From contig CALWKY010000041.1 of NCBI GenBank assembly GCA_944381395.1, positions 79,942 through 143,941 of the forward strand: a stretch of 64,000 nt of DNA, written 5' to 3'. This document shows positions 44,285 to 53,507 of this stretch, one piece after another. Position numbers and translations under genes: made by a program. Source of the DNA: an uncultured Lachnospiraceae bacterium (GTDB lineage: Bacteria > Bacillota > Clostridia > Lachnospirales > Anaerotignaceae). Numbering within the stretch: the stretch's first letter is position 1; each line of letters starts with the position of its first letter. The notes below the pieces were generated by a model that was not told where the DNA came from, searched no databases, and saw only the letters and a list, made by a program, of their open reading frames with translations.

Positions 44285-46288
44285 ATGCAGGAAAAAGGTA
44301 ATTTATCTATCAATAGCGAAAACTTTTTACCCATTATTAAAAAATGGCTCTACACCGATCAGGATATTTTCATCCGTGAATTAGTCTCCAATGGTTGTGA
44401 CGCTGTCACAAAATTACAGAAACTGTCTTCTATGGGTGAAACTGATCTGGCAGAAAATGAAGATTTCCAAGTACGGGTTGTACTGGATAAAGACGCAAAA
44501 ACACTGCAATTTGTAGATAATGGTATTGGTATGACTGCGGACGAGGTGAAAAAATATATCAACCAAATTGCTTTCTCCGGTGCAACAGACTTTTTGGCAA
44601 AATATGAGGAAAATGCAGACGAAGGCAATGAAATCATTGGTCACTTCGGTCTGGGCTTCTACTCCGCTTTTATGGTAGCAGATAAAGTAGAAATCGATAC
44701 CCTTTCTTATCAAAAAGATGCACAGCCTGCTTTCTGGCGCTGTGAAGGCGGTATTGACTATGAAATGGCGCCCGGCAGCCGTACACAACGTGGTACCACT
44801 ATCACCTTGTATTTAGGTGAAGACGGCAAGCCTTTCCTGGAAAAATATACAGTGAAAAAAGCATTGGAAAAATACTGCGCTTTCATGCCCGTTCCCATTT
44901 ACCTGGATGTAAAGGAAACGAAAGAAGAAACAGACAAAGCAGCCAAGCCTTCCGAAGTAGCTGAAAAGGCACCTATACTTTCTGAAGAAGGCACTGAAGA
45001 AAAAGACCGCCAGATCATGCAGAAAGTAGAAGAAGAACTGGCGAAAGAGCCCATTAACGATACACAGCCTCTATGGTTGAAAAAGCCCGCAGACTGCACA
45101 GAGGAAGAATATAAAGCTTTTTATCATAAAGTATTCTTTGACTTTAATGATCCCCTGTTCTGGATTCATTTGAATATGGACTACCCTTTCCGTCTGAAAG
45201 GCATTCTCTATTTCCCCAAATTTGTAAAGCAGACCGATGTCGCAGAAGGTGAAATTAAGCTATATTCCAACCAGGTTTATATCGCGGATAATGTAAAAGA
45301 AGTGGTACCGGAATTTTTACTGCTGCTCAAAGGTGTTCTGGACTGTCCCGATATGCCTTTGAACGTTTCTCGTTCCGCTTTGCAGAATGATGGTTATGTA
45401 GAAAAAATGAACAACTATATCACCAAAAAAGTGGGTGATAAGCTGAATCAGATGTGCAAAAACGAACGGGAAACCTATGAGGCATTCTGGGATGACATCA
45501 GCATGTTCATTGAATACGGCTGTATGAAAGAAGAAAAGCTGTATGATAAAATCAAAGATGCCGTTCTTTTCCACACAACAGACGGGACTTACGAAACCTT
45601 GAATGAATATCTGGAAAAAAATAAAGAAAAACATGAAAATAAAGTATTCTTTGTATCCGATGAAGCACAGCAGGCACAATTTATCCGCCTGTTTAAGGAG
45701 CAGTCTTTGGAAGCTGTTATTTTAACCTCTTCCATTGATAATGCTTTCGTATCCTTCCTGGAATATAAGAACCCCGGTATTAAGCTGCTGCGGATCGACG
45801 CGGACATTTCCGATACTTTGCAGCAGAAAAAAGAAACAGAGCCTGGTGAAGCAGAAAAACAGGCTGATGATTATTTGAATACACAGTTAGAAACGCTTTT
45901 CCGGGAAGTAACCGGAAAAGAAGACCTAAAGGTAAAAGCGGAAGAACTGAAAACCACTCAGATTCCTTCTATGCTCCTAATTTCTGAGGAATCCAGAAGA
46001 ATGCTGGAAATGAAAAAGGCATATGAAAAGAACGAAGAAATGAAAGCATTCTTTGCCAATGTGAAACCGGATGAAACACTGGTATTGAATAAGTCCAATC
46101 ATCTGGTTGAGTTAATTTTAAATCTGCGAGAAAAAGAAGATAAGAAAGCGGATACTGCACTGCTTTGCAGACAGATTTATGATTTGGCACTGATAAGCCA
46201 GCGGAACTTGACACCAGAAGAAATGACTACTTTCCTGGATCGAAGTGTACAGATCATGGAAAAATTGGCAGAATCGGAAGAAAAATAA
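44285..46288 (+). CDS. htpG: Molecular chaperone HtpG (Hsp90)
   Basis: 667 aa. GHKL N-terminal motifs (ELVSNGCDA, DNGIGMT, IGHFGLGFYSAF) and Hsp90 middle and C-terminal domains. Confidence 0.95.
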   Translation: MQEKGNLSINSENFLPIIKKWLYTDQDIFIRELVSNGCDAVTKLQKLSSMGETDLAENEDFQVRVVLDKDAKTLQFVDNGIGMTADEVKKYINQIAFSGATDFLAKYEENADEGNEIIGHFGLGFYSAFMVADKVEIDTLSYQKDAQPAFWRCEGGIDYEMAPGSRTQRGTTITLYLGEDGKPFLEKYTVKKALEKYCAFMPVPIYLDVKETKEETDKAAKPSEVAEKAPILSEEGTEEKDRQIMQKVEEELAKEPINDTQPLWLKKPADCTEEEYKAFYHKVFFDFNDPLFWIHLNMDYPFRLKGILYFPKFVKQTDVAEGEIKLYSNQVYIADNVKEVVPEFLLLLKGVLDCPDMPLNVSRSALQNDGYVEKMNNYITKKVGDKLNQMCKNERETYEAFWDDISMFIEYGCMKEEKLYDKIKDAVLFHTTDGTYETLNEYLEKNKEKHENKVFFVSDEAQQAQFIRLFKEQSLEAVILTSSIDNAFVSFLEYKNPGIKLLRIDADISDTLQQKKETEPGEAEKQADDYLNTQLETLFREVTGKEDLKVKAEELKTTQIPSMLLISEESRRMLEMKKAYEKNEEMKAFFANVKPDETLVLNKSNHLVELILNLREKEDKKADTALLCRQIYDLALISQRNLTPEEMTTFLDRSVQIMEKLAESEEK

Positions 46289-46409
46289 TTTGTTCCTTAC
46301 CATAAAGCAACATGAGGCGCAGCATATTCATAAAATGTTGGAAACTGCGCCTTATAATATGTGTATTTTCTGGATAAAATAAGAAAAAACGGAGGTCTTG
46401 CATCCATCT

Positions 46410-47210
46410 ATGAATCTTTTATTTGTTGCCGACAGCGGCTATATCCCCACATTGATTCCTTGTATCCGTTCATTGGCACGCTTTACGCCCATAGAAGGAT
46501 ATGATATTTATCTTCTGCATTCTGATCTATCCCAAAAGGATCAGCAAAAATTGATGCAGCCATTTGCGGGGCAGGAAATAAGATTCCATTTTTGCAGCAT
46601 TGACGGCAGTATTTTTGAAGGACTGCCAGAAACAGATCGTTACCCAAAGCAGATCTATTATCGCATTCTGGCTGCCCGCTTCCTTCCAGATACTTTGGAT
46701 CGTATTCTTTATCTGGATGGCGATATTATAGTAATCAATTCCTTAGAGGAACTGTACCGCACAGATTTTGAAGATAATTACTATGTGGCATGTACTCATG
46801 TCAATGATCTGCTGAATAAAATCAATATGATCCGTCTTGCCATTGAGGAAGAAGTTCCTTATATCAATACTGGTGTCTTATTAATCAATTTGGAAAAACT
46901 GCGGAAAGAGCAAGATCCGCATGCTGTCTTTGCCTATGCGCAAAAGCATAAATTTGCTTTTATCCTGCCCGATCAGGACATTATCACAGCGCTTTACGGC
47001 AAGAAAATCAAATTGATCCCCTATGAAAAATATAATTTGAGTGATCGTATGCTGACTTGGCACAATGCCGATCTGCGCAATGACAAAATAGATTTAAATT
47101 GGATTCGAAAAAACACAGTAATTATTCATTATTGCGGCAGACAAAAGCCTTGGAAAGAAAACTACCGTGGAATATTAGATGTGTTTTATCAAGAAATTCC
47201 TCAAGCGTAA
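46410..47210 (+). CDS. Glycosyltransferase family 8 protein (GspA/LPS galactosyltransferase-like)
   Basis: DxD motif (LYLDGDIIV), YINTGVLLINL, LPDQDI. The start is uncertain: ATG at 46410 or TTG at 46398. Confidence 0.75.
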   Translation: MNLLFVADSGYIPTLIPCIRSLARFTPIEGYDIYLLHSDLSQKDQQKLMQPFAGQEIRFHFCSIDGSIFEGLPETDRYPKQIYYRILAARFLPDTLDRILYLDGDIIVINSLEELYRTDFEDNYYVACTHVNDLLNKINMIRLAIEEEVPYINTGVLLINLEKLRKEQDPHAVFAYAQKHKFAFILPDQDIITALYGKKIKLIPYEKYNLSDRMLTWHNADLRNDKIDLNWIRKNTVIIHYCGRQKPWKENYRGILDVFYQEIPQA

Positions 47211-47230
47211 TCCTATCTTTTTGCTCTTTG

Positions 47231-47383
47231 ATAAAAAGGATGATCAAAAGCAGGCTCCTTTTCAGAAAACATTCTTTTTCTTTTTAATTTCCGAAAGGGA
47301 ATTGCGACGGCTGTCTCCCATAAAAACAATATAAAAAATAGGTGAAATTTTTCTATGAAAGATTTCACCTATTTTTGCTTTTT
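47231..47383 (+). repeat. Two-hairpin 3' intergenic element, copy C (downstream of the GT8 gene)
   Basis: Hairpin 1 is CTCCTTTTCAGAAA (47255-47268) with TTTCCGAAAGGGA (47288-47300). The box is GGAATTGCGACGGCTGTCTCC (47298-47318). Hairpin 2 is AGGTGAAAT (47340-47348) with ATTTCACCT (47362-47370), then TATTTTTGCTTTTT. Confidence 0.7.
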
Positions 47384-47579
47384 AGGAAGAAGCACTTCAT
47401 GGGCAGTCCCTTTTATTGATATTGTAAAATCATAGCATCCGCAATTATTTTTTTGCGCCATGTAAAACAACCTGCTAAACGAAAGTATCAATTTTTGAAA
47501 AGCAATCAGAATCTCATTATAAGCAGGCTTTTTCCATCTCTATCCCGCCCGCCGCGGGAATTCTCCTGAGATTGTCCAC

Positions 47580-47608
47580 TTGAAAACATAGAAAATGTAT
47601 GTTAAAAT
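47580..47608 (+). promoter_or_regulatory. Sigma-A promoter of the yhbY-nadD/yqeK-rsfS operon
   Basis: TTGAAA (47580-47585), 17-nt spacer, TAAAAT (47603-47608). Confidence 0.55.
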
Positions 47609-47671
47609 ATGATATTCGAAACCACAACATGTTTTTTCCCTTAGCGGGGTTGGAAACGGAGGATATTACCC

Positions 47672-47965
47672 ATGTTAACAAGCAAACAAAGAGCCTTTTT
47701 GCGCTCTATGGCAAACGGCATAAATCCCATTTTTCAGGTAGGTAAAAACGGTGTAACTCCCGAGTTGCGCGATACTGTAAATAATGCGCTGGAAGCTCGT
47801 GAGCTGGTGAAAATAAATGTATTGGACAACAATTTAATTGACGCCGCGTCTGCCGCGGAAATGTTAGCCAGCCGGACTGGTGCAGAAGTGGTACAAGTCA
47901 TCGGCAATAAATTTGTTCTGTATCGGAAAGCAAAAAAACCTGTGATTGAATTACCGAAGGCATAA
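47672..47965 (+). CDS. yhbY: Ribosome assembly RNA-binding protein YhbY (CRM domain)
   Basis: 97 aa. Motifs LTSKQRAFLRS.A....P.FQVGK.GVT and IG.K.VLYR. Confidence 0.9.
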   Translation: MLTSKQRAFLRSMANGINPIFQVGKNGVTPELRDTVNNALEARELVKINVLDNNLIDAASAAEMLASRTGAEVVQVIGNKFVLYRKAKKPVIELPKA

Positions 47966-47967
47966 AA

Positions 47968-49203
47968 ATGATGAAACAAGTTTATCCAGAATTTCAAAAC
48001 TGCAAAAAATTACTTCTGTTTGGCGGTACCTTTGATCCCATTCATAATGGACATCTTGCTATTGCAAAAACCGTTCAGGAAACATGTGGCATAGATCGGG
48101 TCATTTTCCTTCCTGCGGGACAGCCTGCCCACAAAGATGGGAAACCCGTTACTCCTGCTCCTATGCGTGTAAAAATGCTACAGCTGGCTGTGGAAAAGGA
48201 GCCTTCTTTTGTAGTTTCTTTATTAGACGTAGAACGGGAGGGTAAAACCTATACTGTAGATACCTTGGAACTGATTCATTCTTGGACAGATTCTGACACG
48301 GAAATTTATTTTTTAGTAGGTGCCGACAGTATCCACGACTTCCCTGCTTGGCGCCAGCCGGAGAAAATTCTTTCTTTGTGTGAACTGATTGCTGTGGATC
48401 GTCCCGGATATGATACTAATACGCTTTTGAAAGAAATACAGTCTCTGGAACAGACTTACCATGGTACGATTCACTATGTAAAAACAGAACCGATGCGTAT
48501 TTCCTCCAGCGATATCCGTAAACGCGCAAAGCGCGGCGCGCATATTGCTTCTATGGTGCCTGAAGCAGTGGCAAAACTGATTAAAGAAACAAAGCTGTAC
48601 CAAGACAAACCCGTGCAAAAGGCACTTACAAAGCAGGAAATGATTACCCGCCTGCAGGATACTTTAAGCGTAAAGCGTTTCATCCATACCATGGGTGTGG
48701 CGCAAGAAGCAGTAAAGCTGGCAAAGCTTTACCATGAAGATGAAACACAAGCGGAAATAGCAGGGTTACTCCATGATTGTGCCAAAGATTATCCCCCTGC
48801 CCTGCGTGATCGTCTATGTAAAGAGTACAAGGTGCCTCTGGATGAATATCTCAAATCCTCTCCCGGTCTGATTCATCCGTTTTTAGGCGCGGAAGTAGCA
48901 AAACGGGAATATCATATAACAGATGAAGCAATTCTTTCCGCAATCCGTTATCATACTACCGGAAAACCCAATATGACCACTTTGGAAAAAATTATTTTCA
49001 TCGCGGATTATATCGAGCCGAATCGCGCTCCCTTTCCTGGATTAGATGAAGCACGCAAACTGGCATATACGGATTTAGATGAAACCATGGTATTTATGCT
49101 AGAGCATACCATTGCACATGTACAGGAAAAAAGCAGTGTGCTGCATCCTCTTTCCGTTGAAACACTACACTACTACCAAAATGCTATAAAAGACAAACTG
49201 TGA
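47968..49203 (+). CDS. nadD: Fusion protein: nicotinate-nucleotide adenylyltransferase NadD plus an HD-domain YqeK
   Basis: 411 aa. The N-terminal 200 or so aa carry GGTFDPIHNGHL and ISSSDIR (NadD). The C-terminal 200 or so aa carry HTMGV...LLHDCAKD...FIADYIEPNR (YqeK-type HD hydrolase). Confidence 0.85.
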   Translation: MMKQVYPEFQNCKKLLLFGGTFDPIHNGHLAIAKTVQETCGIDRVIFLPAGQPAHKDGKPVTPAPMRVKMLQLAVEKEPSFVVSLLDVEREGKTYTVDTLELIHSWTDSDTEIYFLVGADSIHDFPAWRQPEKILSLCELIAVDRPGYDTNTLLKEIQSLEQTYHGTIHYVKTEPMRISSSDIRKRAKRGAHIASMVPEAVAKLIKETKLYQDKPVQKALTKQEMITRLQDTLSVKRFIHTMGVAQEAVKLAKLYHEDETQAEIAGLLHDCAKDYPPALRDRLCKEYKVPLDEYLKSSPGLIHPFLGAEVAKREYHITDEAILSAIRYHTTGKPNMTTLEKIIFIADYIEPNRAPFPGLDEARKLAYTDLDETMVFMLEHTIAHVQEKSSVLHPLSVETLHYYQNAIKDKL

Positions 49204-49238
49204 TCAGCATAGACCAAATCATAAGGAGGTATATCCAT

Positions 49239-49571
49239 ATGGATGTAAAAGAAATCACAAAAATTGCACAAGACGCTCTGGAAGATAAAATGGGCGAAGA
49301 TATTAAAGTATTAGACCTGCGTGGTCTTTCCAATGTAGCAGACGCTTTTGTCATTGCCAGCGGCAAAAACCCCAATCATTTACGGGCAATGGCAGATGCT
49401 GTAGAGCAGAAGCTGTACGAAGCTGGTGTAAAACTGCATCACTCTGAAGGTTACAGCGGCGGTACTTGGGTATTGCTGGATTTTGGCAATGTATTGGTCC
49501 ACCTGTTCAATCAAGAGGCAAGAAATTTCTATAGCCTGGATCATGTTTGGAGCGATGCAAAGAAAATGTAA
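49239..49571 (+). CDS. rsfS: Ribosome silencing factor RsfS
   Basis: Start set at MDVKEITK (AAGGAGG RBS). Motifs D.F.IASG...H..A....... and W.L.D.G.V.VH.F. Confidence 0.9.
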   Translation: MDVKEITKIAQDALEDKMGEDIKVLDLRGLSNVADAFVIASGKNPNHLRAMADAVEQKLYEAGVKLHHSEGYSGGTWVLLDFGNVLVHLFNQEARNFYSLDHVWSDAKKM

Positions 49572-49576
49572 CGCAT

Positions 49577-49618
49577 AAAAAGCCCCTGTGCAGAAATTCC
49601 TGCACAGGGGCTTTTTTA
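49577..49618. terminator. Bidirectional terminator between rsfS (+) and xth (-)
   Basis: AAAA-AGCCCCTGTGCAG-aaattc-CTGCACAGGGGCT-TTTTT. Confidence 0.85.
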
Positions 49619-49661
49619 TGCGCGGCAAACATGATCCTGTTTTCATTCTATCCCGATCCTA

Positions 49662-50420
49662 TTACAACTCTATTTCTAACGCAACTGGGCAATGATCTGA
49701 TCCGAAAACTTCTGTATAAATACTAGCTGATTTCAATTTGTCCCGCAGCCGATTGCTGACGATATAATAATCAATACGCCAGCCCGCATTCTTTTCTCTG
49801 GCACGGAAGCGGTAGCTCCACCAGGAATAAATCCCTTCTGTATCCGGATAAAAATACCGGAAGGTATCCGTAAATCCAGCGCCCAGCAGTTCTGTCATTT
49901 TTCCCCGTTCTTCATCGGTAAAACCAGCATTGTGGTGATTGGTTGCAGGATTTTTCAAATCTATTTCCTTATGCGCCACATTCAAATCCCCGCAGATAAT
50001 CACTGGTTTTTTTGCATCTAATGATACCATATACTCACGGAAAGCGTCTTCCCATTCCATACGGTATGCCAATCTGGCATTCTCCTGCTGGGAATTAGGC
50101 GTATACACGGTTACATGATAAAACTCCGGAAACTCCAAAGTAATCACCCTGCCCTCTTTATCATGCTCCGCAATGCCTAAGCCATAAGATACGGAAATAG
50201 GCTCCCGTTTAGTAAATACCGCCACACCAGAATACCCTTTTCTTTCCGCATAATTCCAATAACAATGGTAACCTTCCGGTGCGAAATCAATTTGTCCAGC
50301 CTGCAGTTTTGTCTCCTGCAAAGAAAAAATATCTGCATCCACTGATTGGAAATACGTTGTAAATCCTTTTCCTACAGCCGCACGCAGCCCATTTACATTC
50401 CATGAAATACACTTCAGCAT
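49662..50420 (-). CDS. xth: Exodeoxyribonuclease III
   Basis: 252 aa. Motifs SWNVNGLRA, LQETK, GDLNVAH, WSYR and SDHCPV. Confidence 0.9.
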   Translation of the reverse strand: MLKCISWNVNGLRAAVGKGFTTYFQSVDADIFSLQETKLQAGQIDFAPEGYHCYWNYAERKGYSGVAVFTKREPISVSYGLGIAEHDKEGRVITLEFPEFYHVTVYTPNSQQENARLAYRMEWEDAFREYMVSLDAKKPVIICGDLNVAHKEIDLKNPATNHHNAGFTDEERGKMTELLGAGFTDTFRYFYPDTEGIYSWWSYRFRAREKNAGWRIDYYIVSNRLRDKLKSASIYTEVFGSDHCPVALEIEL

Positions 50421-50629
50421 AGCAAAATTGCCTCCTTTCGCCTCTCAGTATACTAAAAAAAAGGGAAAAATGCAAAAACTCCTTTCCTTTTTTTGAAAAA
50501 ACATAGTATTTTCGTCACTTGTTTCTACCTGCAAAAAAAGGTATAATAATTTTGCATGAAAACATGCAGAATTTGCATTGTTTTATGAGATGCACAGTTG
50601 GAAAATAAGTGTAGAGGAGTGCTGGGTAA

Positions 50630-51412
50630 ATGAGAATCGGAATCGGTCAAATTGACATGGGCTTTGAAAATAAAGAACGTGCGAAAATCGTATGTCGTGA
50701 AACGATTCAGAAAGCGAAAGAAGCAAATGTTGATTTGCTCATCTTTCCTGAAATGACATTAACTGGTTTTACACTCTCTCCCGAAATTTATGGGGAATCT
50801 TTAGAAGACTCCGGTTCTCTTCGCTTCTTTCAAAAAGAAGCAAAAAAGAATGGATTGTACATTGCATTTGGTCTGGCTGTTACCGTAGGGGACAATGCAG
50901 AAAACCACTGTATCATCGTCAGCCCCAATGGTGATATGATTGCAGACTATGCGAAAATTCACCCTTTCTCCTACAGCACAGAAAATGAACACTACGAAGG
51001 CGGAACAGAAATGGTCAGGTGCGAAATATGTGGTGTATCTGTTACCCCCTTTATTTGCTATGACTTAAGATTTCCGGAAATTTTCCAAGCCGCATCCAGC
51101 CAGTCCACTTTAATTTTTCTCATTGCGAACTGGCCCGCTTCACGCCGTGCACACTGGATTACCCTTTTGCAGGCGAGAGCCATTGAAAACCAGTGCTTCA
51201 TTGTAGGTGTAAACCGCACTGGTATGGGCGGCAAGATCAGTTATTCTGGAGATAGTATGGTCATCTCCCCTTATGGCGAAATTTTGGCGCGCCTTTGTTC
51301 CGATACAAATTTCATTGCGGTAGATATCGAAACTATGGAAGCAGACCGCTACCGGCAAGAATTCCCTGTTAAACAAGACCGTAAGGTGGAAATTTATCAT
51401 CATTTGTATTAA
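50630..51412 (+). CDS. Carbon-nitrogen hydrolase (nitrilase superfamily) protein
   Basis: 260 aa. The Glu-Lys-Cys triad context is FPEM..., ...AKIHPF... and ICYDLRFPE. Confidence 0.8.
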   Translation: MRIGIGQIDMGFENKERAKIVCRETIQKAKEANVDLLIFPEMTLTGFTLSPEIYGESLEDSGSLRFFQKEAKKNGLYIAFGLAVTVGDNAENHCIIVSPNGDMIADYAKIHPFSYSTENEHYEGGTEMVRCEICGVSVTPFICYDLRFPEIFQAASSQSTLIFLIANWPASRRAHWITLLQARAIENQCFIVGVNRTGMGGKISYSGDSMVISPYGEILARLCSDTNFIAVDIETMEADRYRQEFPVKQDRKVEIYHHLY

Positions 51413-51440
51413 AAAAGAGAGGAAGATTCCTCTCTTTTTC
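51411..51440. terminator. Bidirectional terminator between the C-N hydrolase gene (+) and the rhodanese gene (-)
   Basis: AAAAAA-GAGAGGA-agat-TCCTCTC-TTTTT. Confidence 0.75.
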
Positions 51441-51442
51441 TG

Positions 51443-51841
51443 TTAGGATTCGATTTCATAAGGCCAATCTTCTATGCCGCCAAATTCTTTTACATTGGTA
51501 TACCCCATAGATGCTAAACTTTCCGCAGCAATTTTACTGCGCCTTCCTGTACGGCAGTATACCAGAATCTGTGCCTCTTTATCCGGCAGTGCTCCCTCTG
51601 CCTGTGTTTCGATTTCATCATAGGGAATCAGCAGGGTTTCTGTGCCAATATGCCCCTGATCATACTCTTCTTGTGTACGTACATCTAAAATGGTATATGT
51701 TTCTTCCCCATCCATGATTTCTTTTGCTTCCTCTGCTGTAATGGTAACATAGGCAGTTTCTGAGTGATTGTTTTCTGCCTGTCCGCATCCAACGGATAAA
51801 AGCAGTAACATTGTCATCAAGCCAATCCATATTTTATGCAT
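51443..51841 (-). CDS. Rhodanese-domain lipoprotein
   Basis: 132 aa. Lipobox LLSVGC. Active-site loop CRTGRRS. Confidence 0.8.
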   Translation of the reverse strand: MHKIWIGLMTMLLLLSVGCGQAENNHSETAYVTITAEEAKEIMDGEETYTILDVRTQEEYDQGHIGTETLLIPYDEIETQAEGALPDKEAQILVYCRTGRRSKIAAESLASMGYTNVKEFGGIEDWPYEIES

Positions 51842-51944
51842 ATAACTCTCCTTATCTTTGAAAAAATCATTTACAGAATTTTTGGATACATTCTCACTTT
51901 TCCTTTACACACATAGCTCTTTCCTTACTTTCTACAAAGTATAA

Positions 51945-52002
51945 TGTAAGGGTGTGGATCGCATACCCTTTTCACAAGTATCAACCAATCCACACCCTTA
52001 CA
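51945..52002. other. Perfect 15-bp inverted repeat with a 28-nt loop
   Basis: TGTAAGGGTGTGGAT (51945-51959) pairs with ATCCACACCCTTACA (51988-52002). It sits 23 nt downstream of the amidase stop. Confidence 0.6.
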
Positions 52003-52025
52003 TATCCCTAAAATCTTTTTTTCAT

Positions 52026-53507
52026 TCAATTGTTTGAGTCATCCAGCATACTAGGACGATACCTCTCTGCAAAATCATAAATATCTTCATATGCTTTTGC
52101 AAAGCACAAAACATCAAAGTCAGAGCCGGGCTTTCCAGCAAACTGAATACCAATGGGCATATGCTCTTTTCCGCCAAAACCAGCAGGACATGTTGCAATG
52201 GCATTGCCGCCCATTGTCCAATAAGTTGTAACTTCCATCCAATTATGATACGTCTGCATCTTACGCCCAGCAATTTCTTTCGGCCAATGAATGGACTTAT
52301 CAAAAGGAAATACTTGCGCAGAAGGCACTGCCAACAAATCAAATCCCTCTTCTTCATATAATTTCATCATTGCCAAATAGAACGAAGTACGGTTTACGAA
52401 AGCATCATAGACATCCTGTACAGATATTGTTTTAGAACCATCATACTCCCATTGAGACTCTGGCTTTGTTAAATTCCGCGTCTCTTTTTCCATCAGGGAG
52501 TGCTTGGAGCATGCACTGTAATGGCGAATGGGCAGCCATACCTTTTTCCAGAATTTTTCCGGATCATAAAACGGCTGTATCCGTTCTACCTTTACGTCAT
52601 ACTGTTCCAATCCAAAAACAGCTTTTTCCGTTGTCTCCAAAATACCGTCTTCCATAGCCAGATAACCATTCCAGTCACCCAGCCAGCCAATTTTCATACC
52701 CTTAATGTCCTTTTTCAATTTTTCATGCACATTATAAGGAGTTAATTCTGCAATACGGGGGTCTTTTTGCTTGCTTAAAGGCGCTGTGTAATGATACCCC
52801 GCTTGTGTATTGAGCAGCAGTGCTATATCTGCTACGGTGCGTCCCATAGGACCTACTGTTGACTGTGTACCAGAGAAGGCATCCTCATTGGGATTTGCCA
52901 CACAGCCCAAAGATGGTCGTAAAGAATAGATATTTTGCCATCCTGCCGGGTTTCTTAAAGATCCCATGTAGTCACTGCCATCGGCTACAGCCTGCATGCG
53001 CAATGCTAAAGAACAAGCTGCACCGCCGCTAGAACCGCCGCTGGTTTTCGATGGATCATAAGCATTTCCCGTTGTACCAAATACCAAGTTATAGCTTTGA
53101 GAACCATATCCAAATTCAGGAGTATTTGTCTTTCCAATAATAATGGAACCCGCCTCTTTCATGCGAGAAACCATCAGACTGTCTTTATCCGGAATAAAGT
53201 TCTGAAATGCCAAAGAACCTTTTGTGGTAAGAATACCCTTTGTGGCAGATAAATCTTTAATTGCCTGGGGAAAACCGTGCATCCAGCCATTATCCTTTCC
53301 TTCCGCCAACTGGGCATCTTTTGCTTTTGCTTGTTCCATCAGCGCGTCACGGTCCTGCAGAGAAACAATTGCATTTACTTTTGGATTTACTTTTTCAATA
53401 TGGTCCAAATATGCCTGCATGACCTCAACGCAGGAGGCTTCTTTTTCATGAATTACTTTAGAAAGTTCATATCCTGGCAGTTCAATCAGATTTTTATTAT
53501 GTTTCAT
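52026..53507 (-). CDS. Amidase-signature family amidase
   Basis: 493 aa. The GGSSGG motif in a Ser-cisSer-Lys context (...TSGGSSGGAA...) is typical of the AS family. Confidence 0.85.
   Translation of the reverse strand: MKHNKNLIELPGYELSKVIHEKEASCVEVMQAYLDHIEKVNPKVNAIVSLQDRDALMEQAKAKDAQLAEGKDNGWMHGFPQAIKDLSATKGILTTKGSLAFQNFIPDKDSLMVSRMKEAGSIIIGKTNTPEFGYGSQSYNLVFGTTGNAYDPSKTSGGSSGGAACSLALRMQAVADGSDYMGSLRNPAGWQNIYSLRPSLGCVANPNEDAFSGTQSTVGPMGRTVADIALLLNTQAGYHYTAPLSKQKDPRIAELTPYNVHEKLKKDIKGMKIGWLGDWNGYLAMEDGILETTEKAVFGLEQYDVKVERIQPFYDPEKFWKKVWLPIRHYSACSKHSLMEKETRNLTKPESQWEYDGSKTISVQDVYDAFVNRTSFYLAMMKLYEEEGFDLLAVPSAQVFPFDKSIHWPKEIAGRKMQTYHNWMEVTTYWTMGGNAIATCPAGFGGKEHMPIGIQFAGKPGSDFDVLCFAKAYEDIYDFAERYRPSMLDDSNN

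Noticed and set aside
46315-46352. Hairpin AGGCGCAG...CTGCGCCT after htpG, considered as a terminator
   Set aside because: It has a 22-nt loop and no clear T-run (it is followed by TATAATATG). It may still function, but the evidence is too weak to annotate.
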